The translations under genes were made by a program, and so were the position numbers. Positions 37,450-49,119 of a stretch of DNA of 64,000 nt are shown piece after piece. The stretch covers positions 78,187,339 to 78,251,338 of the forward strand of contig NC_068989.1 of NCBI RefSeq assembly GCF_001194135.2, in the 5' to 3' direction. The stretch's first letter is position 1. Every line of letters begins with the position of its first letter. The stretch comes from Octopus bimaculoides. Taxonomy: Eukaryota. Below the pieces are notes generated by a model. That model saw only the letters and a program-made list of their open reading frames with translations, was not told the origin of the DNA and ran no database searches.

Positions 37450-38725
37450 TACCTTGGTGTACTAGAGTTCAGCGAGATAATAGAAAAGGAAATGAAAGAG
37501 CAACTAAGGATGGAGTATTTCCGAAGACTGATGTTGTCGTTGCGCTCAAAATTGACTGGACGGAATAAAATCCAAGCAGTTAATACGTGGGCGATAGCAT
37601 CACTTCGGTATGGAGCGGGAATTATTAAATGGCACAAAAGAGAAGTGAAGAAGATGGACACCAAGACCAGAAAAATGTTAACAGTACACGGCGCCTTCCA
37701 TCCTAAGCGTGACACGGATAAGCTGTACTTGTCAAGAAGAGCAGGAGAGGTTTGATCATTTGATAGGACTATATGGGAGCAGAGGGAAATAGCTTAGGGT
37801 GGTATATAAAAAATCCTGTGAAGCCAATGTTTCAACACACAAAAAAGTCCGGCGTCATAAAAGCTGCAAATAGTGTAACGAAAGAAAAATTTAAATAAGA
37901 AGTGAAAAAAAAAACGTACGGTCAGTTTTCAAGCGATGTGAACACCAAGAAAGATACAAAGGACCGGTAGCTATGGATGAGGAGGAGTAACCCGACGATA
38001 GAGACAGAAACCGTATACGTGCAGCTCAGGAACAAGCGGTAAGGACCAAATATATGAAGTGCAGAATAGACAAAACTATCGAGAGCAAGAAATGCAGAAT
38101 GTGTCGAAACGGTATGGCGCATCGTTAGCGAGTGTCCGAAATTGACACAACGCGAATGCAGAACACGCCAAGACAATGTGGCAAGAAGCTCTGTAGAAAT
38201 CACGGCCTACAAAGAGCAAAGGCGTGGTATGATAAAACTCCAGAAGGAGTCACCGACAATGAGAATTGCAAAATCCTGTAGGATGCAATGACTCGACCAG
38301 ACATCGGAAACCAGACTTTGTTGAGGTGAATAAAAAAGAAAGAACATGTATGATAATCGACATAGCATGCCCCAGTGACATCAGGATCAATGTGCAAAAA
38401 AGAAAAATTAAACAACTATGACGATTTGAAGTTGGAAGTACGAAGGTTATGATCAATGAAGAGAGTAGGCGTGATACCAGTTGTAATTGGTGCACTTGGA
38501 AGTATCAGCACTCAACTACCAACATGGTTGAAAAAGATCGGTACAAGTGTGTAGGTAGAACACATACAAAAATCAGCATTGCTTGGAACTGCAAGAACTC
38601 TTCACAGAGTTCTTGAACCATGACCAGTAACCTTAGTCTGCTGGTTGTGGCCATCTGACACTTTCCATCATACCCAGCAATATAAGCTGTGAATTTTCAT
38701 TACATAACAGCAACAACAACAACAG
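37450..38725 (+). mobile_element. 5'-truncated R4/Dong-type non-LTR retrotransposon (RT C-terminus, CCHC knuckle, restriction-like endonuclease, 3' UTR)
   Basis: YLGVLE, SKLTGRNKIQAVNTWAIASLRYGAGIIKW, HPKRDTDKLYLSR, AQEQAVRTKY, CRMC...IVSECP, IIDIACPSD, DDLKLEVRRL, IPVVIGALGSI, QKSALLGTARTLHRVL. Ends in an (AAC/AAT)n-like tail. Confidence 0.9.
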
Positions 38726-41700
38726 CGATACTTTATCTGTCACAAAGTCAGACGTATATACAATACAGTTCAATCAACATTAAATACGTTGGACAAAACA
38801 GACGCGCGGTTTGTAAGAGATCTTTTATGCATAAACGATAGGATTGGAAATACGATGCACAAATTTTAATAGAATAAATATAAATGCACATAAAAAACGA
38901 TAAATAGTTAAGATATTATACGTATAGTAAAGTTTTAAAAGTTCGCTAATATACAAATTTTAACTCTTGCATTCCTTCCGACCCCAGTTTTAAAGAGTAT
39001 ACATATTGTGACATATGCCCTTTCTCCCTTAATAAAGAATCTTTCATGTAGAATATGAATCAGGTCTCTTTGTCAATTATTCTTTGATGGAACGAGAAGT
39101 CAAAATGACTGTAGGTTTTCGTTCATTCAATAAAGTATTTCTCATTGAGTTGTTCTTCTTTATTCTAAAAAACATACTTACAAAGGACAAAACTCGGGGT
39201 TCATATTTACGTTTAATGTAGTAACTTTTTGGGTGGTATTACTGTTGCTCTTGTCATCAAACGTCTAGTTCATTAAGCGCTATACTTCTCTTGGTTACAC
39301 TTTCTACCATTTCTTCATGCGTTCATCGACCATTTTATTTTACATTGTGTTATCTTTTGTTCGATGTTTGCGTTACTTTGTTGCAGTATTTTTTTCTGAG
39401 AAGCTAATCTGAGGAGAGATGAGGTCATTTTTGCGTCGAGATGTCATTTTCGCCTCAGCATTAAGAACTAAAATATACATGGCAGCATTAAAAAGAAAAA
39501 AGACTTTGTTCTCTAATCTCAGTAGCTTAGAATTTCCCAAGTGTTTATTAAAGCTACCTGTGTGAAATAATATCCAAAATGATTTTAGTCTATCTCGATA
39601 ATAGTGTCTGTGGGTGAGAGAGAGAGGGTGGAGAGAGAGACAAATAGAGAGTATATGTTTGTATATACCAAATTTAGGATACAGAATATTTCTAACAGTA
39701 TATTCTAGTCACACATTAATGACATTCTGCTAACATTAGATTAATGTAGTCATGCAAAGAAGTGCCGTTACAAACATCATGGCTTACCTATTTTATTTGT
39801 AAACTTTTATTTATAGTTATGGCTACAAACAGGAGAATAACATTTTTCTTGTTTAGAGCACTTCCGCGATTACTTTGCTTAAACATTTTTTATGTATTCC
39901 ATAACATTTATGTTGTTCTGAAATTTCTTCTAATAATTTTCTATTTCTACTCTGGAAGTTATAATTTTGTGATCATAACATATTATTTATTGTAACCACA
40001 AACTCATATATGCGTCATCATTATCTTATAAAAAGAATAATAAAAATCCTGCTTAAATTATAGAAAAATAAACAGAATCACCAAGTTTACCAGTAAACAG
40101 AATATTACACTTATTGGTTTCCAGAATATTTATAATAATATATAAAATATTACTGTTTTCTATTCTTTGCCTTTTTTCAAAATTTTAGTATTTCAAGCAT
40201 CTCCTTAACAGATTGCCATATATTAATTTTAGAAATTATTTGAACTGTTTCTGAGAGTATGAACAAATCAACACTTGTAAAGATGAATCATTTTAAAATT
40301 AAATTAAATTATAAGATCAATGGAAAAAGTTATTTCTAGGTTGAGTGGTTCAACAATTTCAGAAATCTGTTTCATAACAAGTTTCTATTGTTAGAAATAT
40401 TGGAATTAAATCATTATTACGTTTTTTTATAAGTCTATTTCCATAACTTAAAATCTGACAAATTTGCTTCTAAAGTACTTACAGAGCGTTTAACCTGGGT
40501 GTAAATATTACATAAAATACAGCAAAATTCCAAATAACGTTTTATAGTTAGAACAGATGCTGAAACATTTTTTTCAAAGCAATGACTCTCACTCTCTCTT
40601 TTCCTCTCTCCCTTTCCTCTCTCCATTCCTCTCCCTCTCTCCCTCTCTCTCACGCACGCATACACACACGCACGTTCTACTATCCAATCTTTTACTCACG
40701 CTCAGACCAAAATAAATATTCCGAAGACTCTTGACTTTCAAAGTTGATGAAATAAAGTACCTGTCAAGTATTGGCTCGATGTAATACACTTGACCACTTC
40801 AAACATGTCCCTCAATGCAGGCTTGCCTGAGTGGAGGTGCTTGTCCCCACCCCCTCGTAAACATAAGGACAGAGAAAATGTGTCAAGGCCGACAGGAAGC
40901 GGTCTAGCTTCCTAGGCCGAAATAGCAGTAGCATGATTTCCTTCATGGGACTGTCACGTTCAGTTGACAGCGTACAACTATTTTATATATCATATATATN
41001 NNNNNNNNNNNNNNNNNNNNNNNNNNNNNNNNNNNNNNNNNNNNNNNNNNNNNNNNNNNNNNNNNNNNNNNNNNNNNNNNNNNNNNNNNNNNNNNNNNNN
41101 NNNNNNNNNNNNNNNNNNNNNNNNNNNNNNNNNNNNNNNNNNNNNNNNNNNNNNNNNNNNNNNNNNNNNNNNNNNNNNNNNNNNNNNNNNNNNNNNNNNN
41201 NNNNNNNNNNNNNNNNNNNNNNNNNNNNNNNNNNNNNNNNNNNNNNNNNNNNNNNNNNNNNNNNNNNNNNNNNNNNNNNNNNNNNNNNNNNNNNNNNNNN
41301 NNNNNNNNNNNNNNNNNNNNNNNNNNNNNNNNNNNNNNNNNNNNNNNNNNNNNNNNNNNNNNNNNNNNNNNNNNNNNNNNNNNNNNNNNNNNNNNNNNNN
41401 NNNNNNNNNNNNNNNNNNNNNNNNNNNNNNNNNNNNNNNNNNNNNNNNNNNNNNNNNNNNNNNNNNNNNNNNNNNNNNNNNNATATATATATATATATAT
41501 ATATACCTTCATAGTAGTCTACTCTATTAGTAATAGAACAGTTTCAAATGTTACCCCTATTGCGACACTCGACGAACTTTCCTAAGAATTAGATGATACC
41601 TACCCAGATCATAGTCCCTTCGGAATTCATCATGTATTCTATAAGACTATAGCAGGAGGGTCCTCTACGATGAACGTTGTCTGTAATACACCTAAGATTG

Positions 41701-43021
41701 AAAGTCATGAGTGACAGGCTTAAGAACGATATGGCTCCCTTATTGTAATTAATGCACATCTGCTGGAAAAATACCCAGGCTCTAATATGAACAACTGTAC
41801 AAGACTTACCGTACAATAAAAATAACTGAAGATCTACTATGGAGACAAAAAGGCAGACCCTTACACAAGTGGTCGGTAATGAGTGCGAACATAAATATAT
41901 GTTTATGGTCAAATATAGAAAAATATTTTTGAGAGTTATCTTACTAAATATTCTCCAATAAATGTGTACGGGATATTATCACATATTTAAAAAAAGGATT
42001 CAAAACAAAATATTTTTAGAAGCAACAAATTCCCCCCAAAAAACTACGTTTATCCAAAACAGAAATCTAATGAATGGTATCATTCATAAGAACATGAAAC
42101 ATCTGCAGAAAGAAACACGAGTGAATTTGAAAATGGTAAATTATTCATCACTAGGGAGATATTTTTCAGCTTTTTAATGACAACCCTCTTTCAGCATTAG
42201 TATGGTTAATATCTTTTATATATCACTTTGACATGAAGAATAATGTCTTTGTCTTACGTCCAGTATAACTTACTTTCTTCATTTTTTTTTTCTTTTTTAC
42301 ATTTTTTTTTACATTTCCAAAGCACGAATTATATCATTTATCTAAATAATCCAACTTCGCAACCTTGACCTCTAGATTGTCACCCCATTAAAACTCAGTA
42401 TTGGAAAGATATATAAGCACTGGTAATTTCATGTGTAGAACCGCACAAAGAGGTAAAAATAAACCGAAATGCATATGATAGAAATTAATCGTCCTTTCAA
42501 AGAAAAAAGGATAAGTATTATTAAAATTTATGATCCGAAACAATGAGAATAATAGTCAAAAAGTAGCCATTATAGTTGAAAAGGCCGAATCAATAAGTGG
42601 ATCTCTAGGGAAAAAATATAAAGGAGTATTTTACTGCTACAAAAGAAGGCATTCTTAATGCCGATGCATGAACTAATGTAACAACAGCTTGAATTGAACA
42701 TGGAGGACGTTTTTTTATAGATACATTCCAGTAGGAAAATATAACAGTGATTTGAGTTTGTAACAGACATACTTTGTGCAAGAGGGGTTGTTGAATCGAG
42801 AGAAATAAATTGTAAAATCCTTGAGATTTTCAGATAAAAGACCTCGGGTCATTCATTCAGGCTCTCTATTCCCTATGTTCAAATTATGTTGGATCAGCTG
42901 TGCATTTCATCGTTTTGTTTTTACTTAACATCATACTTGTCAAGTATTAAGATCAATTCATATCACTTTACCCGTTTCTTTCTATGTTTCATTCAGCTTT
43001 ATCTAGTATGCCTTACACTCT

Positions 43022-43069
<48 letters not shown>

Positions 43070-43080
<11 letters not shown>

Positions 43081-43385
43081 GAAACACTGTCTCGTCTGAA
43101 GATATGGATGATATGAGCCATCCTATATTACAAACTAGATTATTAAGAATTACGGGTGGATGATTTGACTCTTTGTTAATATAAAATAGCTTTTCATTGG
43201 GCTTACGGTAGGGTTTAAGTTTATCTAATTGCAACTCAAAGTTAAAGTCCAAATAGATCTACATTATTAAGGTTACTTTCTATCGTTATCCATAAGCCAT
43301 TGGGAGAAAATCATAAATTTTTCCTAAGTTAACTATCTACATGGAGTTTGTAAGAACGGGGAGGATAAAAGTAAACTTAAATCAT
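43070..43385 (-). mobile_element. Penelope-like element RT C-terminal/thumb fragment
   Basis: Minus-strand GLRDG..., ITIESNLNNVD, DFNFELQLDKLKPYRKPNEKLFYINKESNHPPVILNNLV..IG..ISSISSDETVF, typical of the PLE RT C-terminus. Confidence 0.85.
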
Positions 43386-43948
43386 CCATCCCTTAAAGTA
43401 ATTTAGATTATGCTAACGGTTACTCAAAATTCATTCTCACTGCCTTGTAAGAAAGTACATTTATATGCGTGTAGACATCTCGAGAGTGGTTCAGAAATTC
43501 TATTAATGATTTTCTTGTTAGTCCACAGAATAGACAAGGATTTCTCGGAGCAGTGACGGCATCTCCTGGAAATTATATTGTATAGTTTTGCGTACCTTAC
43601 TATGGACCAAGTTATGCTGTAATTTTACTTTAAACCTCCCTATTCTTACAAACACCAAGAAGATAGTTAACTCGCTTTGTGATCATGAGTGCACCAAACC
43701 TCACGTCTGCGTATGCTCACATTTTTGCGGATACTTGTATGAGCGAGTGTACTCGCGCCATGCAACTTTTTTCACGGGTATTTTAAGTATTTTTCTCGCT
43801 GGATTGCGTGTTCGTTTCTCTTTTTGTCTTCTGTGATTTTATTTTTTATCTTCTATATAAATGAAAATATTTTCTGAGTCTGGCTGTTTTTCTTTCTACA
43901 AAACGAGAAATTAGATTGGAGAACTTTTATTTTAACGAGTTGTATTTA

Positions 43949-44021
43949 TAATCACCCGATGAGATACCTCTGCACCCATGAGGGATCAATGATAAATGTG
44001 GCGAAACAATTGTCGCGATTA
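43949..44021 (+). ncRNA. Degenerate type I hammerhead ribozyme
   Basis: Helix I taatcac/gcgatta (6 of 7 pairs), core CCGATGA, G...C closing a long irregular helix II, GAAAC-AATT-GTC with palindromic helix III (ACAATTGT). Confidence 0.5.
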
Positions 44022-44080
44022 ATAATAAATTCTCGTATATTCTATATTCCGTCTTTCCTTTGCCATATATATATATATAG

Positions 44081-44578
44081 CTGAAGGCGTTGTCTTCCTG
44101 GGGCTACAAGCTACAGTAGCATCCACCCTTAAGGGTTAGCCACATTTAAGTGTCAAATATACTTCACGATGCCGTGCAGTTACTGTTTATCTGTTTATAC
44201 CTCGCTCGGAGATTTGTTATTGCTTGTTTACACTTTTCCGAGATCAGTGACTTTTCGTCACTGGAAAAAGGATATATATATTTACATTGGGAACCACTTC
44301 ACATCGACAACCGGTGACTGTCATATGCTGATGATGGGTCAATACCGAGAAACTCGAGTTCATGTGTACCACGTCAGTTTGGAGATGGGAAGAATGGCTT
44401 CCCTTTGCAAATACTGATAAGGCACATAAAGTGTCAATAGCCAACTGGAGGACGTGTCTACATGGGGCTACCAGCTACAGTAGCATCCACCCTTAATGGT
44501 TAGCCACATTTATGTGACAAATATACTCACGACGTCGTGCAGCTACTGTTTATACCTCGCTCAGAGATTTATTATTGC

Positions 44579-44579
<1 letters not shown>
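44081..44579 (+). mobile_element. Retrozyme-like / PLE pseudo-LTR partial tandem repeat (364-bp period, ~1.4 monomers) between (TA)n tracts
   Basis: 44081-44224 is repeated at 44445-44579 (offset 364). No ORF. A hammerhead motif lies inside the monomer. Confidence 0.75.
44322..44366 (+). ncRNA. Minimal type I hammerhead ribozyme
   Basis: catatg-CTGATGA-tgggt(caat)accga-GAAAC-tcga-GTT-catgtg. Helix I has 6 bp (one G.U), the core is intact, helix II has 4 of 5 pairs, helix III is palindromic (ACTCGAGT), and the predicted NUH site is GUU at 44358-44360. Confidence 0.75.
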
Positions 44580-44647
<68 letters not shown>

Positions 44648-45483
44648 AAAGACATGTGACAAGTTATGTATGTCTGTATGGATGGATGGATGTATGATTG
44701 GCGTTTCACAAAACGTCAATATTTCTAGCCTCTGAATAGATATCGTTATGTTAATTTTGAAAATTATTTCAGCAATTTATAAAAGTATAGCCAACTCAAC
44801 ACTTCAGAGATGAATCGTTCTGAAATTAAATTAATTATAAGATCAATGGGAAAAAGTTATTTCTAGTTTGACTGGTTCGATAGTTTCAGAAATATGTTTT
44901 ATAAAAGTTTCTATTGTTAGGAATATTTTATCTCACACATTTTTTTTTCATCGTAAATTTCTTTCTAAAACTTAAGATAATGATTAGTCGCTGCTGAAGC
45001 ACATATAAAAGTTTAACCTGTGGCTAAAAATTATCAGAATAGCATGGATTCCCAATAACAATGTTTTACAGCATAGACCGATGACTATTTCGTTCTTTTA
45101 TATGTATTCGTACATATATATGTATTCAATCTTACTTTACAAACCACAAAAAAAATAGATGCAAATTATTTGACGACTTCTTCATTCCGGGAATGACAAA
45201 TTCCCGGAATCTTAAATGCATCAAACTACATAGCCTTTGAACTGGTTAAAGTCTGCCACAAATTCTCATATGAAGCTATGTGTGTCGACGCCGTCAACGC
45301 AGACCATTCTAACAATCCACTAAATTCTTTCGAAGACTAATAATTTTGCATATATACATGCATATATATTTTTAGCATATAACCCAATAAACAACATAAT
45401 ATATTTTTTTTTTTAAATTATCTTAGTTTTGATCCATTATTTCTCACTGAATATATCTATCATCAACAGTTAATCGACGTAGT

Positions 45484-45869
45484 TGTTGTTTACGCTCCGT
45501 CGCTTACGACGGCGAGGGTTCCAGTTGATCCGATCAACGGAACAACCTGCTCGTGAAATTAACGTGCAAGTGGCTGAGCACTCCTTACACACGTGTACTC
45601 TTCACGTAGTTCTCGGGGATATTCAGCGTGACACAGAGTGGCAATGCTGGCTCTTTGAAATACAGGCCCAACAGAAGCAGGAAGAAAGAGCGAGGGAAAG
45701 TTTTGGTGAAAGAGTACAGCAGGCTTCGCCATCATCTCCTGCCGGAGCCTCGTGGAGCTTTAGGTGTTTTCGCTCAATAAAAACTAACAACGCCCGGTCT
45801 GAGAATCGAAACCGCAATCCTATGACCGCGAGTCCGCTACTCTAACCACTGGGCCATTGCGCCTACACC
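45484..45869 (-). mobile_element. SINE family C, full length, with 13-bp target-site duplication
   Basis: TSD taatcgacgtagt at 45471-45483 and 45870-45882. tRNA-like head on the minus strand (gcgcaatggcccagtggttagag...ggtttcgattctc) and an (ACA)n tail. Confidence 0.92.
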
Positions 45870-46750
45870 TAATCGACGTAGTACATCCGACGTAAAACAA
45901 GAATACACTCCCTTTTGGAACTTCAGTGAAACGTGCATGAACAGATAAATTATAAACTCGATCATACAACTTGCAACATTACAATCAATCATTTGCCTTC
46001 TCTTTAATTCCAGAGGTTAAACATCACACGAATAGAAATAAACTTTGCCTCGCACATTATATGCCAGGGCAACTACTAGAAAAGGCAATATTTTCACTGC
46101 TTCACCTTTTCTTTTGTTTTTCTCTTTTCTTTTCCACATTTATGTCTGTCTCTAATCAGAAAATTTCCACATTTACCAATATATATTCTGAAAAATGGAT
46201 CACAGTAAGCACTCTCCGATTTCAGTCTGATGCCCGGGAATATGGAATTCGAATAACTAGATGTCAGATGCCAGCTGTCATAATTCTAAATAACATTCCT
46301 TCTCCGACGTTGACTCTACTGGGTTTTTTTTTTTTTCACTTTTTTGTCTCATATATGTGTGGGTGTTTGCGTGTACGTGCGTACGTACGTGTAAGTATTT
46401 ATATGCACATATACGTCTATATGTGTGTGCATATACACACGTATGTATATATATATGTGTGTGTGTGTGTATAAATATATATGTGTGAGTGTATGCATTT
46501 ATGTGTGTATACGTGTGTGTAAGCGGGCGTGTGCGTGTGTGTGAGTGTGTGTATGCTTCATAAATCGTAGCCATAAATACTTTTGACAAAGGAAATAATT
46601 TTTTTCGGTATTAAGCGCATGGTATTCATTTTGTGTGACAGAAGACAGCTATGTTTGATTCGACATTAGATACATAGAACTCTGTATATATTGGCCAATA
46701 TATTTTGTTTTATATTGTATATAAAAATTGCAAGAGCAAATACTTTCTGA

Positions 46751-46800
<50 letters not shown>

Positions 46801-47309
46801 CTTCTCAATATATGGAATGAAAAATAATTATTTCTGATCCAGTTATTAAATGTCTGGTTGATAATAAATGTGGAAAGTGGATATAGTAATATATTGTTCT
46901 GAATACCATGATGGAGATATATATCTTTTTATCTATACTATTCACGATTTATATTCAGTTAAATAAGTTATTTCAAAAATAATATATCAAGATATACTAT
47001 GAACATCTGTGATATTTTCAGAAGAAACTATCAGTAGCTCATAACTTTAGTGAACCTCTCCTGTTTCATTTTTTTTTTACAAATACAGCTATAAATCGAA
47101 ACGATAAGTTGGTAATCTTTTATAATCCTAGCCATATATTTTTAAGGTTTCATTTACTTTTTCGCTCCAATTTTTGATGATGTAATAGATTCTCGCATTA
47201 TTCAAGCGAGATTCAATTCGCAGCAGATTGCAATAAATCCGTTAATCCTCAAAGAAAGAATGCCATTTTCAACAATTCATTTCTGTATGTACTAGTCTCA
47301 ATAAAAGAG

Positions 47310-48540
47310 TGTATGTTTAAGTACGGTCATTTGACCGGTAGTTTTCAATAGGGCTGTTTTGGCCGAATCACAGAAATCAGCAAGGGGAGTGGTATTAGAA
47401 AAAAATAATAAAATAAAAATAATGTGGAGGGAAGAAGGTAGGCAGATATATGTTGTCAAGGGGGAGAAAAGATATATATGCATGAAGAAAGCAAGAAGGA
47501 ATAGGGGAGAATCGTGGCGGCTACTACTGGTTTCCAATTGAGGAATGTATGTGTGCAGTGAGCGTGTTTACCGTATGAAGTAGTAGAGGTGTATGTTGGC
47601 GCATATACTTGTAAGTTTAAGGAGGGAAGGGTATGACGATGAGGTAGGTGAAATGATAGTATAGAATTTTAAACAGTGTGCAAAAATACAGAGAAGTACG
47701 TAAATGAGAAAAAGGAATTTAAGGGAAAATATATTGTTGGTTAAATATATAGTGGTAGTGAGGGGAGATAACATGGAAAATTTATGAAGGTTAGGGGGAA
47801 AGGTGGGGTGGAGATGTTATTTGTATTTTGAGAAAAGATTTTGTGTTCGATGTTTGCAGGTAAAAATTATACTGCTGCCTTCATTAAGACAATCCGTGCA
47901 TTGAAAATAGCTAAGACCTCGGCTATGCAGAAATCACACTCGTTATTATAGCTGCTCTATGGTTTGCTGAGGGTGACTGTGGACCACTTGAATGTGTAAG
48001 TAGTTGAATCAATCTTTAATTTATTGATTAACTGAGATAATGATGTAAAGTTGGATTTTGTTTGGGACTTGAAACTGAAGGAGTGGTTGTTCACTCTAGC
48101 TTTGAAGGTGGTGCTACTTGAGCGAATATATATGTAGTTACAGTTGGTAGGTGATACTGTACACCTATAAACGATGTTTTTTGTGAGACAGCAGTTATCT
48201 AAAGAACAGGAGGTTAAGCGCCTGACGTTGCACAAGTTTGTAATGAGTGTTCCGGATAAACTCGTGAAAGGATTGTTATTCAGTGAGGAACCGGTATTAG
48301 GTCCGTCATTATTGCTGGCATTAGAATTAGCATTTGTTAAGAAGTTTACGATGGTGCTGTGGGTTTGTATAATATGATAATTATTATGCCCGGTGGCCTC
48401 TTCTGTGTCGTTCTCTATTTTTGCAAGAGGTATAGTTGGAGGTTGTGGTAAATTTAAGGATCAGGAGTTAGCAGTGGCATTATAGTTGGAGTTAGGAGGA
48501 TATTTACCACTTCTAAGGTTCCGCTCGCTATGAAACATAT
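47310..48540 (-). mobile_element. Penelope-like element 3' portion: GIY-YIG endonuclease remnant plus 3' UTR
   Basis: CSLDNCCLTKNIVYRCTV...YIRSSSTTFKARVNNH..SFK...FTSLSQLI.KLK....YTFKWS, matching the PLE GIY-YIG pattern (C..L...VY....YIG....FK.R..NH). Confidence 0.85.
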
Positions 48541-49119
48541 GTAGCCCGGATGTTATTTACTCCATTCTTTAACTCTTGTGTATATATATATATATATATN
48601 NNNNNNNNNNNNNNNNNNNNNNNNNNNNNNNNNNNNNNNNNNNNNNNNNNNNNNNNNNNNNNNNNNNNNNNNNNNNNNNNNNNNNNNNNNNNNNNNNNNN
48701 NNNNNNNNNNNNNNNNNNNNNNNNNNNNNNNNNNNNNNNNNNNNNNNNNNNNNNNNNNNNNNNNNNNNNNNNNNNNNNNNNNNNNNNNNNNNNNNNNNNN
48801 NNNNNNNNNNNNNNNNNNNNNNNNNNNNNNNNNNNNNNNNNNNNNNNNNNNNNNNNATATATATACACGCAGTTGAAACATTTCTGTCCCATGGGTCCTT
48901 GAAGACTGCTAGAAAGCAGGAAAGTATACTAGTCCTTTAATACTTAATATTCAATACTTCATTTCATTCTACCATGTATACTATATATTCCATATTCTAT
49001 ATCCTACATTAATTTTATAAGAATATAAATAAAACCTAAAAAAACAGATTTGGAATTCTTTTGTATAATATATTCCTCAATACACTATCATACAAACCCC
49101 TTTTATTATTTTTTTTAAA

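Noticed and set aside
45483-45845. 120-aa ORF
   Set aside because: It is the antisense reading of a SINE C copy.
45971-46474. 167-aa ORF as a single CDS
   Set aside because: It runs through a polypyrimidine tract and a microsatellite; only the internal 45-nt exon candidate was kept.
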